Below are positions 49,794 to 60,370 of a DNA stretch of 64,000 bases, in pieces. This stretch comes from Candidatus Helarchaeota archaeon (GTDB lineage: Archaea; Asgardarchaeota; Lokiarchaeia; Helarchaeales; RDOG01). Under the pieces are notes generated by a model that saw only the letters and a list, made by a program, of their open reading frames with translations, was not told the origin of the DNA and made no database searches. Position numbers and translations under genes: made by a program. Position 1 is the stretch's first letter; each line of letters begins with the position of its first letter. The stretch spans positions 364,451-428,450 of the forward strand of contig JAHPZH010000003.1 of assembly GCA_019058315.1 (NCBI GenBank), read 5' to 3'.

Positions 49794-50747
49794 ATGTCAA
49801 GCACTAATCAAGATATAATGGATAATTTTGCGACTGAAATCCCTGGTCTAAATTTTGGCGATGTTATTGAAGTGGGAGCAGGATATGTAGTTCCACTTAT
49901 TGATGATCCTAATGTAGAAAGAGATTATATTACCTTTGAAGAAGCATTAAAAGCAAAAGTTTTGAAATTCACTGATACAGGAAATATTAATCAATTGAAA
50001 ATAAAAAATACTGGAGATAAAGACGTCTTAATTCTTGCAGGACAAATTGTTTCATCCCAAGGAACTCAAGACCGAATTTTTGCTGAAACAACTTTCATAA
50101 TGTCTCATGAGACAGTGACGCTTACTTGTAATTGTTGTGAAGCTTCAAAACCCATTTCAGGCGGAACTGAATTCAAAGGATCTGTAGTTGCTTCTCCTAG
50201 AAATATTAAATATTGCTCTATTATGACCGATGTAGCTCATTACCAACGACAAGACAAGATTTGGAGCAAAGTAGAATCAACTAGAACTAAACTAAAAAAT
50301 CAAGGTGTTTATAAATCTGGAAAAAGCACTGATAAATTGGAAGAAATTGCAGAAGAATCGAAAAAGACAACTAAAAACTTGTTAAATAAAGCAAAGTTAG
50401 TTAATAATCAAAGAGGCGTTGTAGTTCTAAATAACGATGCAAAAATCGTAGGTGTAGAGATTTTTGATAGCCCTGAAACTTATAAGAATCTTCATGAAAA
50501 AATTATCGAGAGTTATTTGGAAGATTTTACAGATAAACCAAAGCCAAAACCTACTGCAGGTCTAAAAACAGTCTTACAAAATGAATTAAAATGCATGTTT
50601 TCAAATCAAATCGAAGTAGATAATAAGAAAGACAGATGTCTCTTCAGAAAAGAAGATATGAAATTAAACGGGGAAGTTATATTTAGTCCGAGTGAAAAAA
50701 AGAAAAAGCAGAAACGAATTGTAATGTTCAGAGCAGGAATGGAGTAA
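49794..50747 (+). CDS. ARPP-1 (DUF6569)-like protein
   Basis: YITFEEAL, INQLKIKN..VLILAG..GTQDRI, CCE, QDKIW, GVEIFDSP. Confidence 0.7.
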   Translation: MSSTNQDIMDNFATEIPGLNFGDVIEVGAGYVVPLIDDPNVERDYITFEEALKAKVLKFTDTGNINQLKIKNTGDKDVLILAGQIVSSQGTQDRIFAETTFIMSHETVTLTCNCCEASKPISGGTEFKGSVVASPRNIKYCSIMTDVAHYQRQDKIWSKVESTRTKLKNQGVYKSGKSTDKLEEIAEESKKTTKNLLNKAKLVNNQRGVVVLNNDAKIVGVEIFDSPETYKNLHEKIIESYLEDFTDKPKPKPTAGLKTVLQNELKCMFSNQIEVDNKKDRCLFRKEDMKLNGEVIFSPSEKKKKQKRIVMFRAGME

Positions 50748-50793
50748 TTTACATTTATTTTTTTATTTTTTTTTTCTTTTATAAAATAATCAG

Positions 50794-51039
50794 ATGATAT
50801 TAATGATTTCATATTATTCCCTTTGTTTATTGAAAGCTCCCAACAAACATAGATATAAAATTTACGCTGAAAAACACCCTGAAAGTGATTATTATCCCAA
50901 ATGGTTAATATTGGAAATGAAACAAATCTATACAAATATTAGATCAGCGGCTTGGAATCTAGAGAATATTCAGCAACGAATGACAAGTGAAGGAATAAAA
51001 TCAGTAATATACTATGAATGTCTAGAAGTAGACTTTTAA
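50794..51039 (+). CDS. Hypothetical protein
   Basis: ORF track only. Confidence 0.35.
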   Translation: MILMISYYSLCLLKAPNKHRYKIYAEKHPESDYYPKWLILEMKQIYTNIRSAAWNLENIQQRMTSEGIKSVIYYECLEVDF

Positions 51040-51137
51040 ATCAGAAATAAAATGAATTTTCTTACTTTATTATATGCAATCTTATGGATTTGCTCTCACT
51101 GGTTTTTAATTAAGATTGAATAATAATTATCTTAAAT

Positions 51138-51839
51138 TTATTTTTGAACTTTTTCAAGATATTCATTAGCTTCTTTGATGAGTGCATCACACTCTTTATG
51201 TACTTCTTCTTTATCTGAGTTGTTTTTTATTTTTTCAAAGAATTTTATATAATCATTATAAAATTTTATGACTTTTTCATCTCCAACAAATTCATCTAGG
51301 GCATGTAAGACATAGCTTTTAAAGATTGGTTCGATTTGTAAAGTGATATAATACAAAGTTTTTAAGTGTTGATTCGCAATTTTTCGTAAAATCCAATATG
51401 CAATATGACATGCTCCCTCAATCGTTTCAAGTATATCTCTATATTTTTTAAAAACATCTGCATCTTCAGGAAAATCTTGTCGTAAAATTTCCTCGATTTT
51501 CTCGCATTCAACTAATGCTCCCATTTCACATGATGCAAAGAGGTACCGAAACCCACTTGGGTCATATTTGCCATCTAAGTAACCAAGAGTGTAAGTTCCT
51601 AGAGCAGCTATTGAATCAACATCAATTCTCTCCTTATGTTTCATCAATAAATCCATAATATTTTCTTGTACTTCTATGATGTCTTTATGTTTCCAAGTAT
51701 ATAAGTGATAAATGCCACATATTTGACGAAAATCTTCCGTTTCTATTTCAACATCCTTAGCTTCGTCTAATGAATCACGTATTGTATTTAAGGTATCAAC
51801 ATATTCCTTAAAAGATTCTGATTTTAATCCTTCTATCAT
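51138..51839 (-). CDS. Hypothetical helical protein
   Basis: 233-aa ORF with AGGT upstream. Confidence 0.65.
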   Translation of the reverse strand: MIEGLKSESFKEYVDTLNTIRDSLDEAKDVEIETEDFRQICGIYHLYTWKHKDIIEVQENIMDLLMKHKERIDVDSIAALGTYTLGYLDGKYDPSGFRYLFASCEMGALVECEKIEEILRQDFPEDADVFKKYRDILETIEGACHIAYWILRKIANQHLKTLYYITLQIEPIFKSYVLHALDEFVGDEKVIKFYNDYIKFFEKIKNNSDKEEVHKECDALIKEANEYLEKVQK

Positions 51840-51992
51840 TTTTATAACCTATTTTTACTATACAATGGATATTAAATAATTTACAAATTAATTTTTCAAT
51901 TTAAATTCTGAATATTTATATACTTTTAGTCAGATAAATCGAGCTGTTTTAATTTAATATGTTGAAAAAAAAAAGGAATATTATTTGAGAAT

Positions 51993-52260
51993 TTAGGGGA
52001 TAAGGGTTTGGATCAATAGGCTATAATCAACTATAAAACAATTTGAGAAAAATGTGTTTACAGACCAATATTCCACCGATATATTGTGATTTCCAGCCAT
52101 CAAAGTAAAAGTTAAATTTTGGAGATTAAAACTGATAAAACTGCCAGTAGTATAATTGCTTGCTGTAATATGTGTTCTTGAAAAAGTTTCTGATGAACCA
52201 TCAATCTTAAATTGAAATGTAACATCATAATACAAATTTGGTGAAACAGTCTTTAGACTT
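51993..52260 (-). pseudogene. Probable C-terminal remnant of a beta-rich secreted-type protein
   Basis: Ser/Thr/Asn-rich frame with sequons ending IQTLIP; its only start lies inside the GTPase stop region. Confidence 0.4.
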
Positions 52261-53155
52261 TCAAAGAATTTGAAGAAATTTTTTCTAGACTTGAAAAACA
52301 TTTAGGACACACGTATGTTCCGTCATTCCTTACTGAGAAGAATTTATTACAACTTATACATGTAAAAATTACTCCTTTTATTTCAGTGGGCATTGGAACA
52401 TTCAACATCTGGGCAATATAGACGATTTGGTCTTCACACCAACGAGCTCCATCTTCGAATTCAGCTTTTTTAGCCCAATATAACGCTTGTTTAAGAAATT
52501 CCAAAGCTAGTAATTTTCTATTGTCTTGAAAATATTGAATAGCTTGATTTGCGAATTTATCGTATTTTTGAAATGACTCGGTAGTGATAATTTTAGATTG
52601 TTCATATTCGACTCCAACTTCTTTTAATTTATCTGCGTATTTTGGATCTATAATCATCTTGACGAGAGTTTCAAAAATTATATCCACAGATTGCCCTGAT
52701 TTCGCACTAGAGTCAAAATAGATTGTATTGAATTTTTTAGCTAAATTTCTAGCTTCTTCAGTGGTTACTTGGATATCAGGTAAGTCAATTTTATTTCCAA
52801 CTAGAATAAGTGGAATGTTTCCGCTATTATCATATGCTTCTTTAAACCATCTACCTACATTATAAAAACTTCTTCTGTTAGTTTTATCAAAAACAACAAG
52901 ACCGCCAATACTGCCTTGATAATATAATGGGCGAATATAATTAAACTGTTCTTGACCCCCCGTATCCCAAATTTGGAATTTGACTCGATAACCATCAACT
53001 TCCATTAATTTTATACTAAATCCGACACCGATTGTCATTCTATAATCGTCTTTAAATATTCCATCCGTAAACCGGACAGATAAAGCAGTTTTCCCTACCG
53101 CACCGTCTCCCACAACAATAATTTTTAAAAGATAATCATATTTTTCAGATACCAT
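52253..53155 (-). CDS. Rab-like GTPase with C-terminal helical hairpin and zinc ribbon
   Basis: GDGAVGKT, YRMTIGV, WDTGGQEQF, GNKID, SSAK; C-terminal CISC..CPKC. Confidence 0.9.
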   Translation of the reverse strand: MVSEKYDYLLKIIVVGDGAVGKTALSVRFTDGIFKDDYRMTIGVGFSIKLMEVDGYRVKFQIWDTGGQEQFNYIRPLYYQGSIGGLVVFDKTNRRSFYNVGRWFKEAYDNSGNIPLILVGNKIDLPDIQVTTEEARNLAKKFNTIYFDSSAKSGQSVDIIFETLVKMIIDPKYADKLKEVGVEYEQSKIITTESFQKYDKFANQAIQYFQDNRKLLALEFLKQALYWAKKAEFEDGARWCEDQIVYIAQMLNVPMPTEIKGVIFTCISCNKFFSVRNDGTYVCPKCFSSLEKISSNSLKV

Positions 53156-53255
53156 TTTTTTCAGCTACTAGCTAATATAATATTTAAATTTTGAAGTTTA
53201 AATTACCTCCAACGTGATTCTTATCCTTTTATTCCTATAAAAACATTATCTTACT

Positions 53256-53367
53256 AGTTTAATGAGATCTTCGCAATCCTTTTCTTATACAGACTACTAA
53301 AGTTCAAATCTAATCAGTTTTAATGAGATTTTCGCAAATTGTTTTAATGATACAATTTTGTTCGCAA
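53256..53367. repeat. Three imperfect direct repeats, gttt(t)aatga...ttcgcaa
   Basis: Copies at 53256-53276, 53316-53337 and 53341-53367. Confidence 0.6.
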
Positions 53368-53465
53368 GTTGAATATTCTTTTTTTAAAAACGAATTGGAA
53401 AAAATTAGGTAATTTATTACTAATTTAATAATGTTTTTCTTAAATTTGGATTTTTTCCTTTTTTA

Positions 53466-56400
53466 TCATTTTCTTTTTTGTTTTGATTTTCTCTTATTTT
53501 TGATTACTTTTTGTTTACCTTTCTTTTTAGCCTCTATTTTTTTAAAATATGCTTCAAGAATTTTGAATGGACTGGTATGATACATTAAAAGGTCTTTTGG
53601 AATATCTAATTTATTATCTTCTAATTCCAGAAATCCCAGTTTTTCACATTTTAAAATTTCCTTCGGGAGTGATGTAAGTTGATTTCCAGATAAGCAGAGT
53701 GAGTATAACTTTTTAAGATTGCCTATTTCTGGTGGAAGGGTTTTTAATTTATTACCACTCAGGTATAAAGATTCCAATTCAGTTAGATCTCCAATTTCTT
53801 TAGGAAGTTCTTCCAAATCGTTATCATAAAATTCAATACCTTTTAGTTTTTTCTGTTTGAATACGAATTTTGGAATTTTATTTAGTCCTGGATTATCACT
53901 TAAAATGATATAGTCAAGATTTTCAAGATTAACCATTTCTTCTGGTAATTTAGTTAATTGATTGTTTCCTAATGACAAATGATGTAGCTTAATTAAATTA
54001 CCAAATGATTTTGGAATCGATTTTAATTTATTTCTATGAAGTTCTAGAGACTCAAGATTTTGTAAATTCCCAAACTCTTCAGGCAACGATTCAAGTTCGT
54101 TATCTGTTAATTGAAGATATCTGAGATTTGTAAGATTCCCGAACTCAGGTGGTAGTGTTTTAAGTTTATTACGATATAAATAAAGAGTTTCAAGATTTTT
54201 TAGATTACCAAATTCGGGAAGTAGTGATTTCAATTTATTACTTTGTGCATTAAGTTGTTTAAGATTCTTCAACTGCCCTATTTCCTTGGGGAGGAATGTA
54301 AAATCATTAGAAGAAAGATTGAGTTCAGTACATTCTTTTAATAACCCAATTTCGGGTGGTAACACAAGCAAACTTCTTACATCGAGAGATTGTCCAGATA
54401 GACTGAAAGATTTTTTTTTCTTTTTTGCAGCTGATTTTATTTTTTTTACGACTCCTATATTATCTTTTTCCTTAACATAAGATATCAGGACCGGATTATC
54501 CCCATATTCCTCATATTTTAAGTTTTGAAGAAGATCTTTTTTTGTTTTTTTATCTGATCTTTCTAAAATGCTTATGATTTCTTCTGGTTGATCATTTTTG
54601 AGATAATAACTTATTAGACTATTGCCAACGTACCATTTTACATTTTTATTTTTATCAGAGATGCTTTTTTGTAAATCGTCAATTATTGGAGTAATTAATT
54701 TCCAATAAGCTTCCGGTGATGTTTTTTGTTTTTTATCACCATATGAATCGTAAATAAACGAGCAAATTTTATAAATAATTGATGCGGCATAACTACGAGT
54801 TTCTGCTTTAGGATTTTTTAATGATTTCGTAATAATTGGGATAGTTAGGGCTAAATCATCGATTTTTTTAGATCTTTCAACTATGGTTTTTGCAGTAACT
54901 AATTGGACATCTTCACTTTCATCAGTAAGGAGTTTTTTTAAGGATGGGAAGAGCGAAGAAATCTTGATACCGTATTTAACACTTGCTAATGTACCAGCTG
55001 TTTCTTGCCTCACATCTTTATTTTTGTGTTTTAGTAACTTTTCAATTTCTTCAAATTTACGTTTATTAGCGTAATGTAGTGTTAGTACATCAGCTACACC
55101 CCAATTTACGGAAAGAGCTTTTTTAAGCTCAGGTAGAAATTTAGCAACATTAAATCCTTCTTTTACTTCATCGCGTAAAAGTAAAATAGCCATATCTTGA
55201 ATTTTTTTATCTTTATGAGTTATTATATTCAACACTGTAGGTAGAGCATCAGATATATTCATCTTATCGCTTCTTGCAGCATGCATGGCACTCAAGGCAC
55301 TTTTTATTATTCCAGCATTTTCATCGGATAGTAACACTGCAAGTGCTGGCATAAAAAATGAAATATCACGTTCATCTCTATCGCTAACCATATCATACCC
55401 GGGAAAAGAGGCGAGCCAATCAGCTGATGATTTTCTCGTAGTAGCATTAAGATCTTTTAACTCATAAGTAGTCTTTCCATACATGCTAAATTTCCAGTCT
55501 CCATAATGGAGACCAAAATGCTTGTAGTAATACATCATTGCATCAGCTGCAGACCATCTAATCGCTAAATTGTCATCATAAAGTGCATCCCTGAGATAAG
55601 GAATGAAAGGTTTTAATTCAACCCGATTTTTTGCAGCTTCCTCTAATAGCAGAATAGTTTTTTGCCTTATTGAAAGTTCTGGACTTTCTAATCGATCAAT
55701 TAATTCTTTTAGAGTTAATTTAACTGTCTCTTGAGTATGACCTTCAATAGTTCGTAAAAGTTTTCCTTTTGACAAATCCCATATTTTAATGATGTGTGCA
55801 GATTTAGTAATAAGGTATTTACCATCAGTAGTAAAATACATCTGCTTTACATAATATTTATATCCTTTGAGCGTGCGGACGTGAGTTCCAGTCTTAAATT
55901 CTTCTAGCCAGACATCTTGGTCATATCCTGCACTAGCTACGATCTTATTATCGGGGGAAACGGCTACGGCATAAAGGGAAGATGGATGTCTACCTAACGT
56001 TCGAATAAGCTTTCCCATTTCAGGATAAAGCTCCCATATTCTCGTATAATGATCACCACCACAACTTACGATAAGTTTTCCATCAGAAGTAAGTGCAACT
56101 GACCACACAATGCCAGAATGAGCTTTGATCGAATGAATTTCTTCTCCAGTTGTAACTTCCCAAATCCTTATCGTTGTGTCCCATGAACCACTAATAACAT
56201 ATCTATCATCTAGAGAGAAAACTACGGATTCGACTTGTTTTTTATGTCCACTTAAAGTTTTGATTTTTTTCCCTGTATTCATGGCCCAAATTTTTATAGT
56301 TTTGTCAACTGAACCGCTTGCAATTAATTTTCCATCAGAAGAAAAAGCAAGTGAAGTTATTGCATTATCATGCCCTGTAAGCGTTTTAATAAGTTTCCCT

Positions 56401-58439
56401 GTTTTAACTTCCCAAATTTTTATACTATTATCATTTCCTGACCCACCACTTACGATAAAGTTACCATCTGGTGATATAGTTACTGATGTAACCACATCTG
56501 TATGTCCCTTGAGAACTTGTTCAAGTTTCCATTTTTCCAAATCCCAAATTTGAACAGTTTTTTTATTAGAACCTACAATAATTTTTTTTCCATTAGGAGA
56601 TACTGCAAACGAATTTGCACCATGAGCTTTTAAATCGTATGTTTGAACGAATTCTCCAATTGGAAATCCCCAGACCTTTATACTCCCATTCCACGATCCA
56701 CTAACAATATATTTACTATCATTAGAAACAGCTACTGTATGAACAGAATTTGTATGTCCCTCAAGTGTAAAAAGAGATTTACCTGTTTTTAAATCCCAAA
56801 ATTTTACTGATTTATCATAAGATCCACTAATAATATATTTTCCATCAGGAGACACACAAACGCATAACACTCCAAGATAATGAGCATCGATAGAATGTTC
56901 TAGCCTCCCGCTATTTAAATCCCATACCTTAACTGTATTATCATCAGACCCGCTGACGATAAAATCAGGAGATATTGAGACTGATAACACATTGTCTTTA
57001 TGCTCCTTAAGCGTCCTAATACAAATCCCAGTCCCAAATTGCCAGACTTTAATAGTCCTATCACGAGAACCACTTACAATATAAACTCCATCTTGGGAGA
57101 CCGTAACTGATTTGACAGAAGCTGTATGACCTTTAAGTGTCTTAACCAGTTCCCCAGTTTCTAGCTCCCAAATTTTTAAAGTAGCGTCAGACGAACCACT
57201 GACGATATTTTTTCCATTAGAGGTAATTTTAACAGAATTTACGTGCCCTTGATGCCCTTCAAGTGTGTGGAGGAGTTTTTTAGTCTTAAATTCCCACACT
57301 CTTATGGAATTATCACGGGATCCGCTTATTATATACTTTCCATTTGGAGAAATATCCACACATAAAACACCAGATGAATGTCCTTCTAGCATATTGACAA
57401 ATTTTCCGCTAGATAATTCCCATATTTTAATTGTTGAGTCATTGGACCCATGAATTATATATTTCCCATCCGAGGAAATTGCTATTGACCAAACTATTTC
57501 GGCAGGATTAAGATTACTTAATGATTTTTCTTTGGCAGATTTTGCTTCTTCGGTACTCCATATCTTAATTGTCTTATCCCCAGATCCGCTTATTATAAAT
57601 TTTCCGTCAAGAGAGAACTTAACAGAACTCACCCAACGACTATGTTTTTTAAATTTGTATAATAATTCTCCTTTATCTATATCCCATAGTATTACAGTTT
57701 GATCTCCTGATCCACTTAGAAGATATTTTCCATCGGGAGATAATGCTAAAGAATATATAAGTGCTTCATGCCCATCAAGAATGTGGATAAATTTTCCAGT
57801 CTTAAAATCCCATACAATTACTGTTTCATCCTCTGATGCACTATAGATATATCTTCCGTCTTTAGAAAGTTCGATTGCACGGATGGCCGCTGAATGACCC
57901 TCAAGTAGACGGAAATCTCCCGTCTCTATATTATATATTCTAAGATCTACGCCGTTGCCATGGAGAAGATATTTTCCATCATTAGAGAATGAGATTGAAG
58001 TTACATAATATTCCATTTTAAATGTTTTAATACATTTTCCAGTCATTAACTCCCATAAAATGAGATTACTATCTTTGGCACCACTAGCTATATATTTTCC
58101 ATCAGGGGAAATGGCGACACATTCTATCCAATCTTCATGGTCTTTTAGAGTATGAATCAATTTGCCTGTTATAAATTCCCATATTTTGATAGTTTTATCC
58201 CAAGATCCACTAACAATATATTTTCCATCAGGAGAGATAGCAATACAATAAACGGTGTTATTATGTGCTTCAATAGTACGGACACATTTCCCGGTAGCAT
58301 ACTCCCATACCTTGATAGTTTTATCATAAGATCCACTTATAATATATTTCCCATCAGGGGAAATTGCGATTGTGGTTATAGAGTCTTCATGTCCAGTAAT
58401 TACCTTTTCCATTTTTTTCAAAATCCAAAAGTCCCCCAT
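53466..58439 (-). CDS. Large WD40 (about 21 repeats) - HEAT/ARM - LRR (about 12 repeats) protein
   Basis: GH..SPDGKYIVSGS.DKTIKIW repeats, HEAT-like middle, L.L..N.L..LP.EIG.L repeats. Confidence 0.92.
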   Translation of the reverse strand: MGDFWILKKMEKVITGHEDSITTIAISPDGKYIISGSYDKTIKVWEYATGKCVRTIEAHNNTVYCIAISPDGKYIVSGSWDKTIKIWEFITGKLIHTLKDHEDWIECVAISPDGKYIASGAKDSNLILWELMTGKCIKTFKMEYYVTSISFSNDGKYLLHGNGVDLRIYNIETGDFRLLEGHSAAIRAIELSKDGRYIYSASEDETVIVWDFKTGKFIHILDGHEALIYSLALSPDGKYLLSGSGDQTVILWDIDKGELLYKFKKHSRWVSSVKFSLDGKFIISGSGDKTIKIWSTEEAKSAKEKSLSNLNPAEIVWSIAISSDGKYIIHGSNDSTIKIWELSSGKFVNMLEGHSSGVLCVDISPNGKYIISGSRDNSIRVWEFKTKKLLHTLEGHQGHVNSVKITSNGKNIVSGSSDATLKIWELETGELVKTLKGHTASVKSVTVSQDGVYIVSGSRDRTIKVWQFGTGICIRTLKEHKDNVLSVSISPDFIVSGSDDNTVKVWDLNSGRLEHSIDAHYLGVLCVCVSPDGKYIISGSYDKSVKFWDLKTGKSLFTLEGHTNSVHTVAVSNDSKYIVSGSWNGSIKVWGFPIGEFVQTYDLKAHGANSFAVSPNGKKIIVGSNKKTVQIWDLEKWKLEQVLKGHTDVVTSVTISPDGNFIVSGGSGNDNSIKIWEVKTGKLIKTLTGHDNAITSLAFSSDGKLIASGSVDKTIKIWAMNTGKKIKTLSGHKKQVESVVFSLDDRYVISGSWDTTIRIWEVTTGEEIHSIKAHSGIVWSVALTSDGKLIVSCGGDHYTRIWELYPEMGKLIRTLGRHPSSLYAVAVSPDNKIVASAGYDQDVWLEEFKTGTHVRTLKGYKYYVKQMYFTTDGKYLITKSAHIIKIWDLSKGKLLRTIEGHTQETVKLTLKELIDRLESPELSIRQKTILLLEEAAKNRVELKPFIPYLRDALYDDNLAIRWSAADAMMYYYKHFGLHYGDWKFSMYGKTTYELKDLNATTRKSSADWLASFPGYDMVSDRDERDISFFMPALAVLLSDENAGIIKSALSAMHAARSDKMNISDALPTVLNIITHKDKKIQDMAILLLRDEVKEGFNVAKFLPELKKALSVNWGVADVLTLHYANKRKFEEIEKLLKHKNKDVRQETAGTLASVKYGIKISSLFPSLKKLLTDESEDVQLVTAKTIVERSKKIDDLALTIPIITKSLKNPKAETRSYAASIIYKICSFIYDSYGDKKQKTSPEAYWKLITPIIDDLQKSISDKNKNVKWYVGNSLISYYLKNDQPEEIISILERSDKKTKKDLLQNLKYEEYGDNPVLISYVKEKDNIGVVKKIKSAAKKKKKSFSLSGQSLDVRSLLVLPPEIGLLKECTELNLSSNDFTFLPKEIGQLKNLKQLNAQSNKLKSLLPEFGNLKNLETLYLYRNKLKTLPPEFGNLTNLRYLQLTDNELESLPEEFGNLQNLESLELHRNKLKSIPKSFGNLIKLHHLSLGNNQLTKLPEEMVNLENLDYIILSDNPGLNKIPKFVFKQKKLKGIEFYDNDLEELPKEIGDLTELESLYLSGNKLKTLPPEIGNLKKLYSLCLSGNQLTSLPKEILKCEKLGFLELEDNKLDIPKDLLMYHTSPFKILEAYFKKIEAKKKGKQKVIKNKRKSKQKRK

Positions 58440-58461
58440 TTTTTGCCATATAAACGAAAAA

Positions 58462-59280
58462 TCAAAATTTTACAGAACTACGGCTTTTTGTCCTTACATA
58501 ATCTTGATATTCAACAACTAATTCTCTAAGATTCATTAATTTCATTGCATCTTTATAATCCCCATCTATTTGAATGTCTCCTTTTAGATACATGCGTGAA
58601 GCATTACCCTGACCAGAAAAAAGAGCAATAGCTGATTTATTATCACTCATAGTAATAGTTACATTAGGATCAGGATATTGGACATCCATAACTCCAGAGA
58701 ACGATCCATCTTTAAAATGAAAATAACATTGAGGACCATTAATTACATTAAATTGAATGACAACATTTACACCTTTCATCTCAATTTGAACGTTTTCATC
58801 AACTTCGGTAATTTCTTGGAATCCAATCAAGTGCCCATATAATAAAGTTTTGGCAAGTAAATAATCATCTTGAGATGTTAATTCATCGCCATAATTATAA
58901 TTTGAATATGGTAAAGCTAGATTCATGAGGTCTACACAAATATTCTTAAATTTAGGTTCTTCTTTAAGTATTATTTTTCCTTCTGATTTTAATTGCTCAA
59001 AATTAAGCTGTTCTCTTCTCAATATTTTGAATAAAGTATTTGGGTCATTAAAATGAATTCTCGCTTGATAATCAGGAGCTTTTTTTCGTCTTTCAAAAAT
59101 GATTTTATTATTTTTTATTTCTAGATATTCTACCGGTCCCTCTTCAACTGAAAATTGAATATTTAATTCATAATCCTTTATTTTACTCTTTACGTCATCA
59201 TTATATTTGCCTAATTCACTCATTGTGTATAAGAGAGTGTCTAAGACCATTCTTGATGTAATTAGATCATAATAGTTCAT
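58462..59280 (-). CDS. Tandem SCP2 sterol/lipid-binding domain protein
   Basis: Two IQF.V..GP..Y repeats; YLKGDIQIDGD. Confidence 0.8.
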   Translation of the reverse strand: MNYYDLITSRMVLDTLLYTMSELGKYNDDVKSKIKDYELNIQFSVEEGPVEYLEIKNNKIIFERRKKAPDYQARIHFNDPNTLFKILRREQLNFEQLKSEGKIILKEEPKFKNICVDLMNLALPYSNYNYGDELTSQDDYLLAKTLLYGHLIGFQEITEVDENVQIEMKGVNVVIQFNVINGPQCYFHFKDGSFSGVMDVQYPDPNVTITMSDNKSAIALFSGQGNASRMYLKGDIQIDGDYKDAMKLMNLRELVVEYQDYVRTKSRSSVKF

Positions 59281-59440
59281 TTCTAATCTTCCATATTCTT
59301 AATGTAATTTGGAATGAATTAAAAAATTAAAATTTGATTATTTAATATTTTTGAGTTAGTGAAAATGTAAAAAATTGAATATACATTTATTAACAGTTGC
59401 TATGATTAAATTTTAATAGTTTTTAAGAAAAGGGATAAAT

Positions 59441-60319
59441 TTGCCGGAAAAAAAAGTTATAGATTTTCATACTCAAATGACTACAAAGAAAGGAGCTTTA
59501 TTCCCGAAATCAATGAAGCCATTTTTTGAAAAACAATTCAAATGTGAAATGCCCTATTATCAGTCAGAAGAAGAAATGATTGAGGTTTATAAGAAAGCAA
59601 ACATTAAGGCAATATTAGTTCCTCCAACATCAACTAAATCTAATTTCACAAAAATTCGAGAAATCAACGACTATGTTGGAGGACTTATTTCTAAATACCC
59701 AGATGTAATATTAGGAGCATGGGTAATGAATAATATTAAAATTAATGAAGAAGATTGGTTAAAAGAGACGAAAAGATGTATTATTGATCTTGGTTTTTTT
59801 GGTCCATGGCATAATGGAGTCAATACTAATATTCCTGCCACTTCACCAAAATTACAACCATTTTTTGATCTATGTAAAGACCAAAAAGTTCCGGTTAAGC
59901 TAAGTGTAGGTCATACAGCTGCAGGAGCAGGGCTTCCCGGTGGTGGGGGTATGAAGTTGGAGTATGAACGACCTATTCCATATGTAGATAATGTGGCTGC
60001 AGATAATCCTGAATTAATTATAATTTGTGCACACATGCCATGGCCCTTTCATGCAGAAATGGCATCCGTTCTGATCCATAAAGGTAATGTTTATAATGAA
60101 GTACATGGATGGAGTCCGAAATATTTCCCTGAAGATTTTAAAAGAGAAATTAATGGCCGATGTAAAAAAAAGATACTTTTTGGTTCTGACTGGCCTTTTC
60201 TAAAACATGATAGATTATATAAAGATTGGGAATCCGAAAATTATAAACCAGAAGTTTTAGAAAATATATATTATCAAAATGCGGAGAGATTATTTAAAAA
60301 ATTAAAAAAAACAATATAA
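59441..60319 (+). CDS. Amidohydrolase_2 family protein
   Basis: IDFHT, GHTAAGAGLPGGGG, CAHMPWP, GWSPKY, LFGSDWP. Confidence 0.88.
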   Translation: MPEKKVIDFHTQMTTKKGALFPKSMKPFFEKQFKCEMPYYQSEEEMIEVYKKANIKAILVPPTSTKSNFTKIREINDYVGGLISKYPDVILGAWVMNNIKINEEDWLKETKRCIIDLGFFGPWHNGVNTNIPATSPKLQPFFDLCKDQKVPVKLSVGHTAAGAGLPGGGGMKLEYERPIPYVDNVAADNPELIIICAHMPWPFHAEMASVLIHKGNVYNEVHGWSPKYFPEDFKREINGRCKKKILFGSDWPFLKHDRLYKDWESENYKPEVLENIYYQNAERLFKKLKKTI

Positions 60320-60370
60320 TCAAATAATAAGAGAATTATATGAAATTTAAAAAAATAATAATCAAGAATA

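Noticed and set aside
53256-53367. CRISPR array
   Set aside because: Only three degenerate copies with irregular spacing, and no cas genes.
52253-58439. Split Roco (LRR-Roc-COR) gene
   Set aside because: The GTPase is Rab-like with NKxD/SAK, no COR domain is visible, and the genes are about 310 bp apart.
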